The notes below the pieces were generated by a model. That model had not been told where the DNA came from. It did no database searches and saw only the letters and a list, made by a program, of their open reading frames with translations. A stretch of 64,000 nucleotides of DNA, taken from contig JAZDKJ010000006.1 of assembly GCA_043803105.1 (NCBI GenBank), positions 208,673 to 272,672 of the forward strand. Direction: 5' to 3'. Below, piece after piece: positions 1 through 9,355 of this stretch (position 1 is the first letter of the stretch; the number at the start of each line of letters is the position of its first letter). The translations under genes were made by a program, and so were the position numbers. Source of the DNA: Candidatus Woesearchaeota archaeon (lineage in GTDB: Archaea > Nanobdellota > Nanobdellia > Woesearchaeales > JAZDKJ01).

Positions 1-807
1 CTTGTTAAACCGGTTCAAGATTTTGATTTTCAATCTGTAGATGGTAATTTGCAATATGCAATGCCTCAAGGAAGTCTTGAGCAACAGCAGAAGGTTTTTG
101 TTGCAGGAGGGTTTTCTTGGCTTCCTGCAGTCGCAGTTAGGGAGATAATTGCTGATAATCCTGAGTTTTGGAGAAATTGGTATAGGAATGGAACTGGTGC
201 TGATTATGCTCATCATGAAGGTGGAGCAATTAAATTGTATTTGTCTCCTTCAAACAGAATTCTTACGGCAAAGGGAGATGCTTTTGACAAAGCTCTTGGA
301 AGCATCAGGAAAACAGGCAATATTCCTTTGGATAGGCCACGCATTGATGCTTTGGTTTTGGATGCCCAGAAGAATGATGCTGGTATTTATGTTATTGATG
401 TTGATGTTCTGCAAAAAAATAATAAATGGGTTTCTGACAATCGTGAATGGGGTCATTTGGTAATATCAACCAAAGATTATGCCAAGCAGATGCAGGACAG
501 CCCTGATTTGGCTGCACTCGTTACTCCGCTTTACGGAACAGGTGTTAAACTTGACAGAACAATGAGTCAAATAAGGCAAAGATCAAGAGAGACCTTGGCT
601 TTTGTTCTGTTACCTACGTATGTTAGACTTAATGCTCCTGAGGGAACAGGACTCGCGCGTTTGTCTGCTCTCTACTACTTCAACTACTTTTCGGATGCTA
701 TTGCTTGCGGTAGAAGCATTGACGATAGTGTCGCCTTTGCTTTTGGGGTGCGTCAGAGGACCGCCGAAGGCGGTTGCACCGAAAATCGATTAAATTTGAA
801 AAGGTGA
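1..807 (+). CDS. hypothetical protein, paralog A of a tandem pair; probably 5'-truncated at the window edge (ORF finder start at TTG 49, but the frame is open back to nt 1)
   Basis: Shares a C-terminal block with the next gene (DYAxQ ... ARLSAL..FN.F ... AFAFG). No family recognised. Confidence 0.45.
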   Translation, partial: LVKPVQDFDFQSVDGNLQYAMPQGSLEQQQKVFVAGGFSWLPAVAVREIIADNPEFWRNWYRNGTGADYAHHEGGAIKLYLSPSNRILTAKGDAFDKALGSIRKTGNIPLDRPRIDALVLDAQKNDAGIYVIDVDVLQKNNKWVSDNREWGHLVISTKDYAKQMQDSPDLAALVTPLYGTGVKLDRTMSQIRQRSRETLAFVLLPTYVRLNAPEGTGLARLSALYYFNYFSDAIACGRSIDDSVAFAFGVRQRTAEGGCTENRLNLKR

Positions 808-814
808 ATCTTTC

Positions 815-1588
815 ATGGCAAATCAAAAAATTACTTTGGATAATGTGGTTCAAAAACAGGGAACTTTTGAACAGCAGTATGCTGCTTTGAAGGGCGCTAC
901 TTGGCTTATTAGTTCTGAGATTCAGGGTTTAAGGCAGAATAATCCTGAATTGAGAAATGGAAGGTTTCGGACTGGCGATGGTGCAGTCTACCAAAAAAAT
1001 AATTTTGGCAACTTTATGTTGTATGTTACAAGTGCTGGCCTTAATCCTATTTTGAAGGCTGAGAATTTCAGTGGTGCTGTTTCTCAGATTAGAGCGACTG
1101 GCAATTATAAAGTTAATCCTGCCGATTTAGGAGCAATTGTTGCTGCGTCTAAGAAAAAGGCTGAAGGAGCAACTGTAATCGATACTTCAAAGCTTACAGC
1201 CAAGAAATATGATTCTGAATGGAGCTACATTGAGTTTAGCACATCTGATTATGCAGATCAACTCAATGGTGAGGACAAGAAGCTTGCGCAGGCCTATCAT
1301 GGCAAAGGAAAGCAGTTTGGCAAGACCATGAAGATGCTTGCCGATAGCGAAGTTAAGACTACAAGAGCGTATTTCTTGGGTCAAGGGTATTTGGCTAAGA
1401 ACGCGGATAAGCCTATCGCGCGTTTGTCTGCTCTCAACAACTTCAACAACAATTCAAATGCTAATGCAAGCAATAGAAACATTGACAATAATAATGCCTT
1501 TGCTTTTGGAATGATCCCAAGATGGCACAGAGAACTGAAGACACAGGCAAGATGCCAAGAGATCTATGGCAGGAACTTTGCAGCATAA
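815..1588 (+). CDS. hypothetical protein, paralog B of the tandem pair
   Basis: 257-aa ORF 8 nt downstream of paralog A. Conserved motifs ARLSALNNFNN and NAFAFG, plus an Asn-rich low-complexity stretch. Confidence 0.5.
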   Translation: MANQKITLDNVVQKQGTFEQQYAALKGATWLISSEIQGLRQNNPELRNGRFRTGDGAVYQKNNFGNFMLYVTSAGLNPILKAENFSGAVSQIRATGNYKVNPADLGAIVAASKKKAEGATVIDTSKLTAKKYDSEWSYIEFSTSDYADQLNGEDKKLAQAYHGKGKQFGKTMKMLADSEVKTTRAYFLGQGYLAKNADKPIARLSALNNFNNNSNANASNRNIDNNNAFAFGMIPRWHRELKTQARCQEIYGRNFAA

Positions 1589-1615
1589 AAAATCTTGATG
1601 TTTTGTAAGCCAGAA

Positions 1616-2272
1616 ATCTCCGCACTTTAGTGCGAGAGATGAATGGCGACACTTTCTTATTGGTGAAAAATAAAAAAATGCGTGACGAGCGTAAGCTGCG
1701 TCACGCATCTACTCAGTCAAAAGTAGCGTGAGCTTTGCTCGTCGGAGACGAGCAAAATGGCAAAACTTGAGATCAGGCATTTCGCGCACAAGGTCGGTGT
1801 CAACGTGCACCATTTGGAATGGTGCACAAAGTATCGTTACAAGATGTTTAAGCAGGACAAGTATAAAACTCTTGCGGAAGAAATTCTTAGGGAGGTGGCT
1901 GAAAGACTTCGTTTGGTTGTTCGTGAACTGAGTGTCATGCCTGAGCATATCCACATAAGTGTTGAAGCTCCACCTTGTATATCGCAGAGTAAGGCGCTTC
2001 AGCTTCTGAAGGGTAATTTGAGCTTCAGATTTTTTCGCGCCAATGAGAACTTTCGGTTGAGGTACCCTCAAGGACATTTCTTCAGCCCAGGAGGATTAGC
2101 AAACAGCACAGGGTATAACACAGTGGAAGTGGTGGATGAATATGTCAGGACTCAGCAAGACATTCACCAAAGAAACCTATCAGAGCTCACTGCAGGAAGC
2201 CCCGCACTTTAGTGCGGGGAGGAGGTCACTTGAGGAATAAGAAAAAAGAAAAATCCCCCCGAGGGGGGAAAA
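1616..2272. mobile_element. IS200/IS605-family insertion sequence carrying tnpA only, with subterminal hairpins
   Basis: A TnpA ORF is flanked by near-identical hairpins, CGCAC-TTTA-GTGCG at 1621-1636 and CCCGCAC-TTTA-GTGCGGG at 2201-2219. Further hairpins lie at 1680-1706, 1736-1754 and CCCCCC-GAG-GGGGGG at 2253-2270. Confidence 0.55.
1757..2212 (+). CDS. tnpA: IS200-like Y1 HUH transposase TnpA
   Basis: HUH motif in MPEHIHISVEAPP, then SQSKALQLLKGNLS, then the catalytic Tyr region RYPQGHFFSPGG...YNTVEVVDEYVRTQQ. The stop codon lies inside the right-end hairpin. Confidence 0.7.
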   Translation: MAKLEIRHFAHKVGVNVHHLEWCTKYRYKMFKQDKYKTLAEEILREVAERLRLVVRELSVMPEHIHISVEAPPCISQSKALQLLKGNLSFRFFRANENFRLRYPQGHFFSPGGLANSTGYNTVEVVDEYVRTQQDIHQRNLSELTAGSPAL

Positions 2273-2350
2273 GTTTTGCCTTCATTTTAGTTTTTGGGGG
2301 TGGTAAAAATGAAGGCAGAACACACACTAAAGACTAAAGGGTGTGATTGT

Positions 2351-3472
2351 CTACCTGATTATTTCTATCCCAAGCTCGTCGTTAAAGACCTTTTGCTTGG
2401 TCTGCTTGTCGTACTGCATCTTGCCAAGTATCCATGGCGATTTTACCCCTGTAATTATTGTCATCACTACAAGCTTTCCCTTCATGTCATCGGTGACTCT
2501 GGCGCCCCAGATTACGTTGGCATCATCGTCAAGGGTCTCTGTGACAAGCTCGCCAACCCTGTTTATCTCGTCCAAGGTCAAGTCAGGTCCGCCTGCTACG
2601 TGTATCAGCGCTCCGGTTGCTCCGTCATAACTGATGTCCAATAGTGGGTTTGACAGTGCGCCTTTCACTGCTTCGTCGACTCTGTTGTTTGTGTCTGACA
2701 TCCCTACTCCTATCGCTGCTACTCCACCATTGGTCATTATTGCTTTTACGTCCGCGTAGTCGAGGTTTACTAACGATGGCAAGGCAATGGTCTCTACAAT
2801 CGCTTTGATCATTGTGGCTATTAGTTCGTTAGCAACCGCAAACGCCTGCTGTACAGGCAGATTTCCTGCTATGTTGACGAGCCTGTTGTTGTCTATCACT
2901 ATTACTGTATCGCATATCTGCCTAAGTTTCTGGAGCCCGAATTCTGCTTTGTCAACCCGTGCCCTTTCTATCTTGAAAGGCATTGTCACTGTTCCGATCA
3001 CTATTGCTCCAGTGTCTTTTGATAGTCCTGCTATTACCGGTGCAGCCCCTGTTCCTGTGCCTCCTCCCATTCCCGCGCACACGAATGTCATGTCTGCATC
3101 TTTGAGTGCTGATTTTATCTCTGATGTTGCCTCTAGTGCTGCCTCAGCCCCTTTCTCAGGAAAGCCTCCGCATCCCAGGCCGCGTGTCACGCTTTTTCCT
3201 ATCAAGAATTTCCTGTCAGCATGTACTATATTGAGGTGTTGCTGGTCAGTGTTGCATGCAAGTATCTCTGCTCCCTTGATGCCCTTGTTGAAGAGCCAGT
3301 TGACCATGTTGGTACCTGCCCCTCCCACACCTATAACCTTGATGTTTGCTTGCCCTATCTCAAGGCCCCCTATTTCTTCGTTGCTGTTTTTTGCTGCGTT
3401 TTGCACCAAAAAGTCCATTCGTTTCACCCCTTTAGTGTCTTCGTTAGTGTCGTTGCAATATATATTTTGCAA
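2351..3472 (-). CDS. ftsZ: cell division GTPase FtsZ
   Basis: KVIGVGGAGTNMVN and the tubulin signature GGGTGTGAAPVIA. The true start may be the internal MDFLVQ near 3418. Confidence 0.9.
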   Translation of the reverse strand: MQNIYCNDTNEDTKGVKRMDFLVQNAAKNSNEEIGGLEIGQANIKVIGVGGAGTNMVNWLFNKGIKGAEILACNTDQQHLNIVHADRKFLIGKSVTRGLGCGGFPEKGAEAALEATSEIKSALKDADMTFVCAGMGGGTGTGAAPVIAGLSKDTGAIVIGTVTMPFKIERARVDKAEFGLQKLRQICDTVIVIDNNRLVNIAGNLPVQQAFAVANELIATMIKAIVETIALPSLVNLDYADVKAIMTNGGVAAIGVGMSDTNNRVDEAVKGALSNPLLDISYDGATGALIHVAGGPDLTLDEINRVGELVTETLDDDANVIWGARVTDDMKGKLVVMTIITGVKSPWILGKMQYDKQTKQKVFNDELGIEIIR

Positions 3473-3899
3473 ACTATGCTTCCAGCTACAATAATGTTTA
3501 TAAGTTACTGCATTTTGTTAACTACCTAGAAATCGTTTGTTTATCTATGCCCAATGGATAACCAAATGCTAAAGGTTAAAAACTAATTAAGTTTGTGCCC
3601 AAACAAATCTTAATTAACACACATAAAATCTAGGTTTTGCCCAAAAACCGAGATTTTTATATTTTCTTCAGTCTGTTATAACCAGTATTTATACTTTACC
3701 ATAATGAAATATATATTTTATAAAGGCTACTTTTCCTATGGAATTTTTGTCGTCGAAAAAGCTATGTTTCCTATGGAAAATACTGCTATATTGTCCTCGG
3801 TATGTGACTATATCTCAGTATAGAAATTGTGTGCTTTTGGATACTTTTTACATTGAAGGAGTAATCAATTTAAGCCTTAGCTGATTCTTCAGATTAAAA

Positions 3900-4292
3900 A
3901 TGAACTCAAAGCTGATAGCACTTGAACCCCGCATTTCCACGGGCTGGTCTTTATATGGCATAATCACAACCAACGAATCTCAAAGGCAGTGGATTGTTGG
4001 ACTATCAAGGCCTGGAAGCGACGTAAAATCACTCGGCATAGATTTGGTTGGTGTAAGGATTAGAAATTACAATCCTAATGACCGGCTGTATGTTCCCGAG
4101 GAGTTTCTTACGGACACAAAACTGCGCCAACTCTTTGTTTACGTGCCCGACCATGACAGGTTAGCATACCTTCACCTTTCTAACAAGATAATAGAACAGT
4201 TCAAGGAAGTTCCACTCGAAGGAAGGGTTTTTGACCAGTGGGACAATGAATTGTCTAACCGAATAGTGTTGTGCTTGGTAATCCCAAAATAA
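3900..4292 (+). CDS. hypothetical protein
   Basis: 130-aa ORF with no recognisable motif; AT-rich promoter region upstream. Confidence 0.35.
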   Translation: MNSKLIALEPRISTGWSLYGIITTNESQRQWIVGLSRPGSDVKSLGIDLVGVRIRNYNPNDRLYVPEEFLTDTKLRQLFVYVPDHDRLAYLHLSNKIIEQFKEVPLEGRVFDQWDNELSNRIVLCLVIPK

Positions 4293-4294
4293 AT

Positions 4295-4981
4295 TTATTT
4301 CTTCTTTACAAGCCCTTTAAAGAATTCCTTTCCCTTAGTAAATGAATTTCCTATCTTCTTGTTGTACTTTCCATCAACAAAATCCTTTCCTGTTTGTATC
4401 GCTTTCTGAACCTTTGCGCTGTGGTAGCCAAACACATGGTTTATGTCTGCTGTGTGCGCTCCCCAGCTGTTTGGATATACCTTGTCATACAGCGGCGCCC
4501 TTGGCGTTTTTTTGGCTACTTCTGCCGCATAGCCTAATGGGAGTATTGCCTGTGGTCGTATGTAGTCAGGGATGTCAAGTATCCTTTTGAGCATCTCTTC
4601 TTCAAACGCTCCTATCCAGCATGAGGACAGCCCTTGTGCGTGTGCTGCCAAAAGAAAGTTCTCTATTGCAGCAGCGCAATTCTGCACTGAATACAGTCTT
4701 TCTCCTCTTATGCCGTAATATTGCTCTACCTTTTCTGGCTCTGCGCACACCACCACATGCACAGGCGCCACCGCAATCCAGTGCTGCTGCAGCGACGCCT
4801 CCCCAATCTGCTTTCTTTTTTCAGCGTCGGTTACAACCACAAATTTCCAGCTTTGAAGGTTTCCTGATGATGGTGCCTGGATTGCTGCCTCAATGCATAT
4901 GCCCACTTTCTCCCATTCTACTGGCGCTTCAGTAAATTTGCGTACGCTCCTTCTGGTATGTATGCATTCCAAGACGTCCAT
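4295..4981 (-). CDS. nitroreductase-family protein
   Basis: HTRRSVRKF...SSGNLQSWKFVVV core followed by a Lys-rich C-terminal tail. Confidence 0.7.
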   Translation of the reverse strand: MDVLECIHTRRSVRKFTEAPVEWEKVGICIEAAIQAPSSGNLQSWKFVVVTDAEKRKQIGEASLQQHWIAVAPVHVVVCAEPEKVEQYYGIRGERLYSVQNCAAAIENFLLAAHAQGLSSCWIGAFEEEMLKRILDIPDYIRPQAILPLGYAAEVAKKTPRAPLYDKVYPNSWGAHTADINHVFGYHSAKVQKAIQTGKDFVDGKYNKKIGNSFTKGKEFFKGLVKKK

Positions 4982-5023
4982 TATTACAAAATTTTATATA
5001 TACTGGTATTTAATAGTTGCGCT

Positions 5024-6775
5024 ATGGATTATGACACTCTTGTCGAGGTGTATTTGCAGCTTGAGAGGACAACCAAGCGCCTCGAAAAGACTTGGATTAT
5101 CTCGCAATTCTTGAAGTCAGTTAAGCCAGAGAGCATGCCTGAGGTTGTGCTTCTCCTGCAAGGGATTGTCTTCCCTACCTATGATGAACGAAAGCTTGGT
5201 GTTGCAGACCGCCTGGTGATAAAGGCACTGAACGTAGCTACAGGCATCGATGTTGCCGAAATCGAATCTGTCTGGAAAAAGTTTGGCGACCTTGGTGAGG
5301 TATCAAAATCACTTGCCACAAGAAAGCGTCAGCAGACATTATATTCGCAAAAGCTAACTGTAAGAAAGGTCTTCACCAACTTGCAAAAGCTCGCAGAATT
5401 TGAGGGAAAAGGCACAGTTGATCAAAAGGTAAAGCTCATCGCTGAGCTTCTCTCATCCGCAACGCCCGACGAGGCCAAGTATATCATTAAGACAATCATG
5501 GAGGAGCTCCGTGTCGGCGTTGCCTTTGGTGTTCTGCGCGATGCAATAGTCTGGGCTCACTTTGGTGAAGAATCAGGAATATCCTTTGACCCAAAAACCA
5601 AGGAAGTCACAATAAGTAATCGAGATAAATACCATGAGTTTGTCATCGCTGTGCAAGAGGCTTATGATGTCTCAAACGATTTTGCCACTGTCGCAAAAGC
5701 CGCAGGCTCTGGTGTTGACCAACTAAAAAAGATTGGCCTTACTGTCGGAGTGCCGATAAAGGTGATGCTCGCCTTGAAGGCAGAAAGCCCGGAGGATGGT
5801 CTTGAGCGTGTTGGCATTCCTGCAGAGCTTGAATACAAGTATGACGGCTTTAGGATGCAGATACACAAGTCAGAAAAGCGCATAAGGATTTTCACCCGCC
5901 GCCTCGAGGATGTCACAGCACAATTTCCAGAGGTTGTCTCCTTTGTCTCAAAACTTGTAAAGGGTTCTTCCTTCATCCTGGATTCTGAGGCTGTTGGCTT
6001 TGATTCAAAGACAAAAAAATACATGCCTTTCCAGAATATCTCCCAGAGGATCAAGCGCAAGTATGACATTGATGAGCTTGCCAAGAAGCAGCCTGTCGAG
6101 TTGAACATTTTTGACATTGTTTCCTATGAAGGTAAAAGCCTGATTAGCACTCCCTTTGAAGAGCGTAGGAGATTGCTCGAAAAGGTTGTTAGAGAAGAGC
6201 CCCTCAAGCTTGTTCTTGCCAAGAAGCTCATAGCAAATTCTGTCAAGGAGGTTGAGCAGTTCTTCAAGGAATCTTTGGATAAGGGCAACGAGGGCATTAT
6301 GATAAAGAATCTTCAAGCGCCTTACAAGCCTGGCGCAAGGGTTGGTTATATGCTCAAGCTAAAGCCAACCCTGGACACAATTGATCTTGTTGTGGTTGCG
6401 GCTGAATGGGGTGAGGGCAAGCGTGCAAAGTGGCTCAGCAGCTACACTGTCGCTTGTGTTGATGAGGACGGCACTTTTAGTGAGGTTGGCAAGGTCTCTA
6501 CAGGCCTTAAGGAAAAGCGCGAGGAAGGAGTCTCTTTTGATGAGATGACTGAGGTCTTGAAACCATTAATCCTCAAGGAGAAAGGAAAACAGGTCTTTGT
6601 CAAGCCAAAGATTGTTGTCTCAGTCACTTACGCAGAAATACAGAAGAGCCCGACTTATGCATCCGGCTATGCCCTAAGGTTTCCCACCTTTGTGGCAATT
6701 CGTTATGATCGCGGAAAGGATGACGTTGCCTCTTGCCAGATGATGGAAGACTTGTATAAAAATCAAAAAAAATGA
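5024..6775 (+). CDS. lig: ATP-dependent DNA ligase
   Basis: KYDGFRMQIH adenylation motif (KxDG) and the conserved ligase C-terminus. Start taken at the internal ATG at 5024 (MDYDTL) because the ORF-finder start at 4958 overlaps the divergent nitroreductase gene. Confidence 0.85.
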   Translation: MDYDTLVEVYLQLERTTKRLEKTWIISQFLKSVKPESMPEVVLLLQGIVFPTYDERKLGVADRLVIKALNVATGIDVAEIESVWKKFGDLGEVSKSLATRKRQQTLYSQKLTVRKVFTNLQKLAEFEGKGTVDQKVKLIAELLSSATPDEAKYIIKTIMEELRVGVAFGVLRDAIVWAHFGEESGISFDPKTKEVTISNRDKYHEFVIAVQEAYDVSNDFATVAKAAGSGVDQLKKIGLTVGVPIKVMLALKAESPEDGLERVGIPAELEYKYDGFRMQIHKSEKRIRIFTRRLEDVTAQFPEVVSFVSKLVKGSSFILDSEAVGFDSKTKKYMPFQNISQRIKRKYDIDELAKKQPVELNIFDIVSYEGKSLISTPFEERRRLLEKVVREEPLKLVLAKKLIANSVKEVEQFFKESLDKGNEGIMIKNLQAPYKPGARVGYMLKLKPTLDTIDLVVVAAEWGEGKRAKWLSSYTVACVDEDGTFSEVGKVSTGLKEKREEGVSFDEMTEVLKPLILKEKGKQVFVKPKIVVSVTYAEIQKSPTYASGYALRFPTFVAIRYDRGKDDVASCQMMEDLYKNQKK

Positions 6776-6782
6776 AATTTAC

Positions 6783-7535
6783 TTAGTCACTCGCCTCAAT
6801 CCATGTGTCCTCAAAGAATTTCCTGAAAGATTCTGATAACTTTGCGCTTTTTACCACAATCACATTATATGGCGGTTCATAGTCCTCAAACAGGATTGTG
6901 TTGTCAAAGATGATGATATCTGTCGGCACTATGTGCCCTGTGAACCTTACTTCGCAGTACTTGAGTTTGACATAGTCTTTCAATAACTCCCTGCTTTTCT
7001 CGTTTGCGAGGATTCTTGCCCTGATTTTCTTCTCTATCCTCCTTGAGTGAATGTTTTTCAGGAATGTTGTCACGTTCCTGTCCTGGAGCTCTTTGCTTGA
7101 GGCAGCAAAAGCAAGGTACTCGTCGCCTTGTTGCAGGCTTTCAAAAAGAATCCTAAATGAGGTCTTGACCCCCTCCCAGCCTTCAAAGACTATTGCTTCA
7201 TCTCTTGAGCTGTCTATCGCATGCATCTGGCTTAGGTGCGGGATGGACTTTTCAAGTTCGATTTTCAGGGTTTGCATCTCCCTTTCCTTTTCCTCCAGAT
7301 AATCAACAAGCCTATGCGGGTCATACGCGTGGTAAAACCTGGTTTTCTGCTTGATTACAAACGATACAAGTCCTTTTTGCATCAGCCTCTCAAGTATTGC
7401 GTAGACCTTTGATCCTGAAACCCTACTTTCCGCTATTATAGGCCCAACAGTGGTCTGTCCCAACTTTAGCAAGGCGACGTAGACCTTTGTTTCCCCATCG
7501 CTAAATCCCAGTTTTCCAAAGATTCTCGTGTCCAT
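6783..7535 (-). CDS. TrmB-family transcriptional regulator
   Basis: N-terminal wHTH (GETKVYVALLKLG...SRVSGSKVYAILERLMQKGLV) followed by a TrmB-like C-terminal domain. Confidence 0.65.
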   Translation of the reverse strand: MDTRIFGKLGFSDGETKVYVALLKLGQTTVGPIIAESRVSGSKVYAILERLMQKGLVSFVIKQKTRFYHAYDPHRLVDYLEEKEREMQTLKIELEKSIPHLSQMHAIDSSRDEAIVFEGWEGVKTSFRILFESLQQGDEYLAFAASSKELQDRNVTTFLKNIHSRRIEKKIRARILANEKSRELLKDYVKLKYCEVRFTGHIVPTDIIIFDNTILFEDYEPPYNVIVVKSAKLSESFRKFFEDTWIEASD

Positions 7536-7643
7536 TGATATGATGAAGTATTACGATTATTTAAATTTTTCTAACTATAACCCCCTCATGGGGAGTTACA
7601 TTTTATATAAGATTAAGAACATAGAACACCTTGTAGTTAAGGT

Positions 7644-7850
7644 ATGGCATCTGTGGAAAAGGGGGTAACAATGGGGCCAAAATCAACTGTTGCATCCTGG
7701 AAAGGATTGGACACTGAAGGTGATGCTGTAGGCATTGTCTTGGACGAGCCAGTGATATGCGGTATGTGTATGGCTGAAATGCTTGAGATCAAGAGTCACT
7801 TCTTCGAGTGCCCTCACTGCGGCAACACATATACTAAACTGGAAGAATAA
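7644..7850 (+). CDS. small Cys-pair (zinc-ribbon-like) hypothetical protein
   Basis: CGMC ... CPHCG pairs. A TATA-like element (TTTTATATA at 7602-7611) lies upstream. The start is uncertain. Confidence 0.3.
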   Translation: MASVEKGVTMGPKSTVASWKGLDTEGDAVGIVLDEPVICGMCMAEMLEIKSHFFECPHCGNTYTKLEE

Positions 7851-7978
7851 GGATTTTCTAGAGGATAATTAGAGGTAACAATATTTCGGGCGGCTGATTT
7901 AGCGCACCCAAAAAGATAACTTTATATAGCAGTATATGCATCTGTATACAAAAATTTTTAGGAAAACAGGTGATTTTC

Positions 7979-8125
7979 ATGCCAAAAGGACGATGTATGC
8001 ATTGTAAGAAGGAAGTAGAGATCAAGGATTCAAAAGAAGTTATCATGAAGAATGGTATGAAGGCAGCTAAGGGCCTCTGTCCAACCTGCGGAACAAAGGT
8101 CTTCAGGATCATAGGGAAAGCTTAA
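7979..8125 (+). CDS. 48-aa zinc-ribbon protein, below the ORF-track length cutoff
   Basis: MPKGRCMHCKKEV...KNG...GLCPTCGTKVFRI translated by hand. Oligo-T follows at 8127-8137. Confidence 0.45.
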   Translation: MPKGRCMHCKKEVEIKDSKEVIMKNGMKAAKGLCPTCGTKVFRIIGKA

Positions 8126-8139
8126 TTCCCTTTTTTTTC

Positions 8140-8775
8140 TTAGAAGTTAAGGAAACCCATTGTCTTTGACAGTTCTTCTTTTTTGATTACCATTATCGTG
8201 TCTGTCCAGCAGGATATTGTCTCGATTATGTTCACATTGTTTTCCCCGAACAGTGTGTAAATGTAGGCCATCACTCCAGGCACTTGCTCCAACCTTGCAG
8301 GGCTCTTCATCATTATTTCTACAAGCCCTGTGCTGACCTTGATGATGTTCTGGCCAAAGATTCTCTTGACAAGCCCTAGGAAATCCTCGGTCACTATTAT
8401 CGTAACAGCATTTGCCCCCTTCATTATGTGGACTGTCTCGTTGGATTCATCTGCCTCTTTTTGCAGGTTAAGCAGGCCCTGATACTTGACATCAGGTTCA
8501 AGTATGACAACAGCTATCTTGTCCCTTATTGAGAGTTTGGTTCCCTTGAGCAGGCTGATGATGTCCGTCGATTGGGCCTGCCCCTTGGTTTTATTGTAGT
8601 ATCTCCTGCAGGCTATCAGAACAGCATCCTTGCTTTTCATTCCAGTCTCTTGTAGAATCTTTCTTGATAGTTTTGAATAGTTTACCAGGTTTGCTCTGAT
8701 TGCCTGCCTTATGGTAGGATGGTTGTTGATATACGCCTCTGTTACCCTGGTTATGTTTGTCATTTGATTCATCAA
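8140..8775 (-). CDS. ACT-like domain protein, putative small-molecule-binding regulator
   Basis: N-terminal HTH-like segment plus a C-terminal beta-alpha-beta ACT-like region. Sits next to the arginine genes. Confidence 0.4.
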   Translation of the reverse strand: MMNQMTNITRVTEAYINNHPTIRQAIRANLVNYSKLSRKILQETGMKSKDAVLIACRRYYNKTKGQAQSTDIISLLKGTKLSIRDKIAVVILEPDVKYQGLLNLQKEADESNETVHIMKGANAVTIIVTEDFLGLVKRIFGQNIIKVSTGLVEIMMKSPARLEQVPGVMAYIYTLFGENNVNIIETISCWTDTIMVIKKEELSKTMGFLNF

Positions 8776-8872
8776 TAAACCCTTGTTTATAAATGTTTCT
8801 TTTGGGACAATTTTGTCTTTTTTGTCCTGATATGGTCGGTACCTTTTTAAATTCAGAAATCACTTTTCTCTC

Positions 8873-9355
8873 ATGCTGGAAAAACTCTTAAAGACTGACT
8901 GTAGGTATGTGCTCGAATTCCATAGCGACTTCTCTGATATAGACACTGAAAAACTTGGACTACTTATCAAAGTCGCCTTTGGAACCAGCCTCGTTAAAGG
9001 TTACTTCGCGCAAGAACCAATAAAAGTAGTTTTGCTCGAGAGCTTTCATCGTGCTGCTGCTATTATCCTACCTTACCAGGGCTGGGATTATCTCGATAAG
9101 TTTGTGGTTCATCCTCTTCTTCAGACTAATGGTGTTGGTAGTGAAATCTTTCACCAGGTCATGGCTGTTGACAAGGTATTTTGGCGAGTGGATCAAAGAA
9201 AGCCTTGCCTTCAGTGGTATTTTGATAAGGTTCCACAGTATGACCTCCATTCTGCCTCTGCGGGTAAGTGGATACTTTTTTGGAAAGGCCAATCCTCTGC
9301 ACCCACCGTGTTGGAATACGCTGAGCACAAGAGGGAAACATTGGAGGAGGTCTAA
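8873..9355 (+). CDS. GNAT-family N-acetyltransferase, possible short ArgA-like N-acetylglutamate synthase
   Basis: GNAT motif A-like VVHPLLQTNGVGSEIF. Lies immediately upstream of and abutting argG. Confidence 0.4.
   Translation: MLEKLLKTDCRYVLEFHSDFSDIDTEKLGLLIKVAFGTSLVKGYFAQEPIKVVLLESFHRAAAIILPYQGWDYLDKFVVHPLLQTNGVGSEIFHQVMAVDKVFWRVDQRKPCLQWYFDKVPQYDLHSASAGKWILFWKGQSSAPTVLEYAEHKRETLEEV

Noticed and set aside
2294-3529. Plus-strand ORFs (2294-2644, 2787-3494, 3221-3529) opposite ftsZ
   Set aside because: They are antisense to a highly conserved FtsZ coding sequence and are Gly/Ala codon shadow ORFs.
8591-8863. 90-aa minus-strand ORF overlapping the ACT-domain gene start
   Set aside because: It is out of frame with the longer ORF and there is no conserved motif. 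It is likely spurious.
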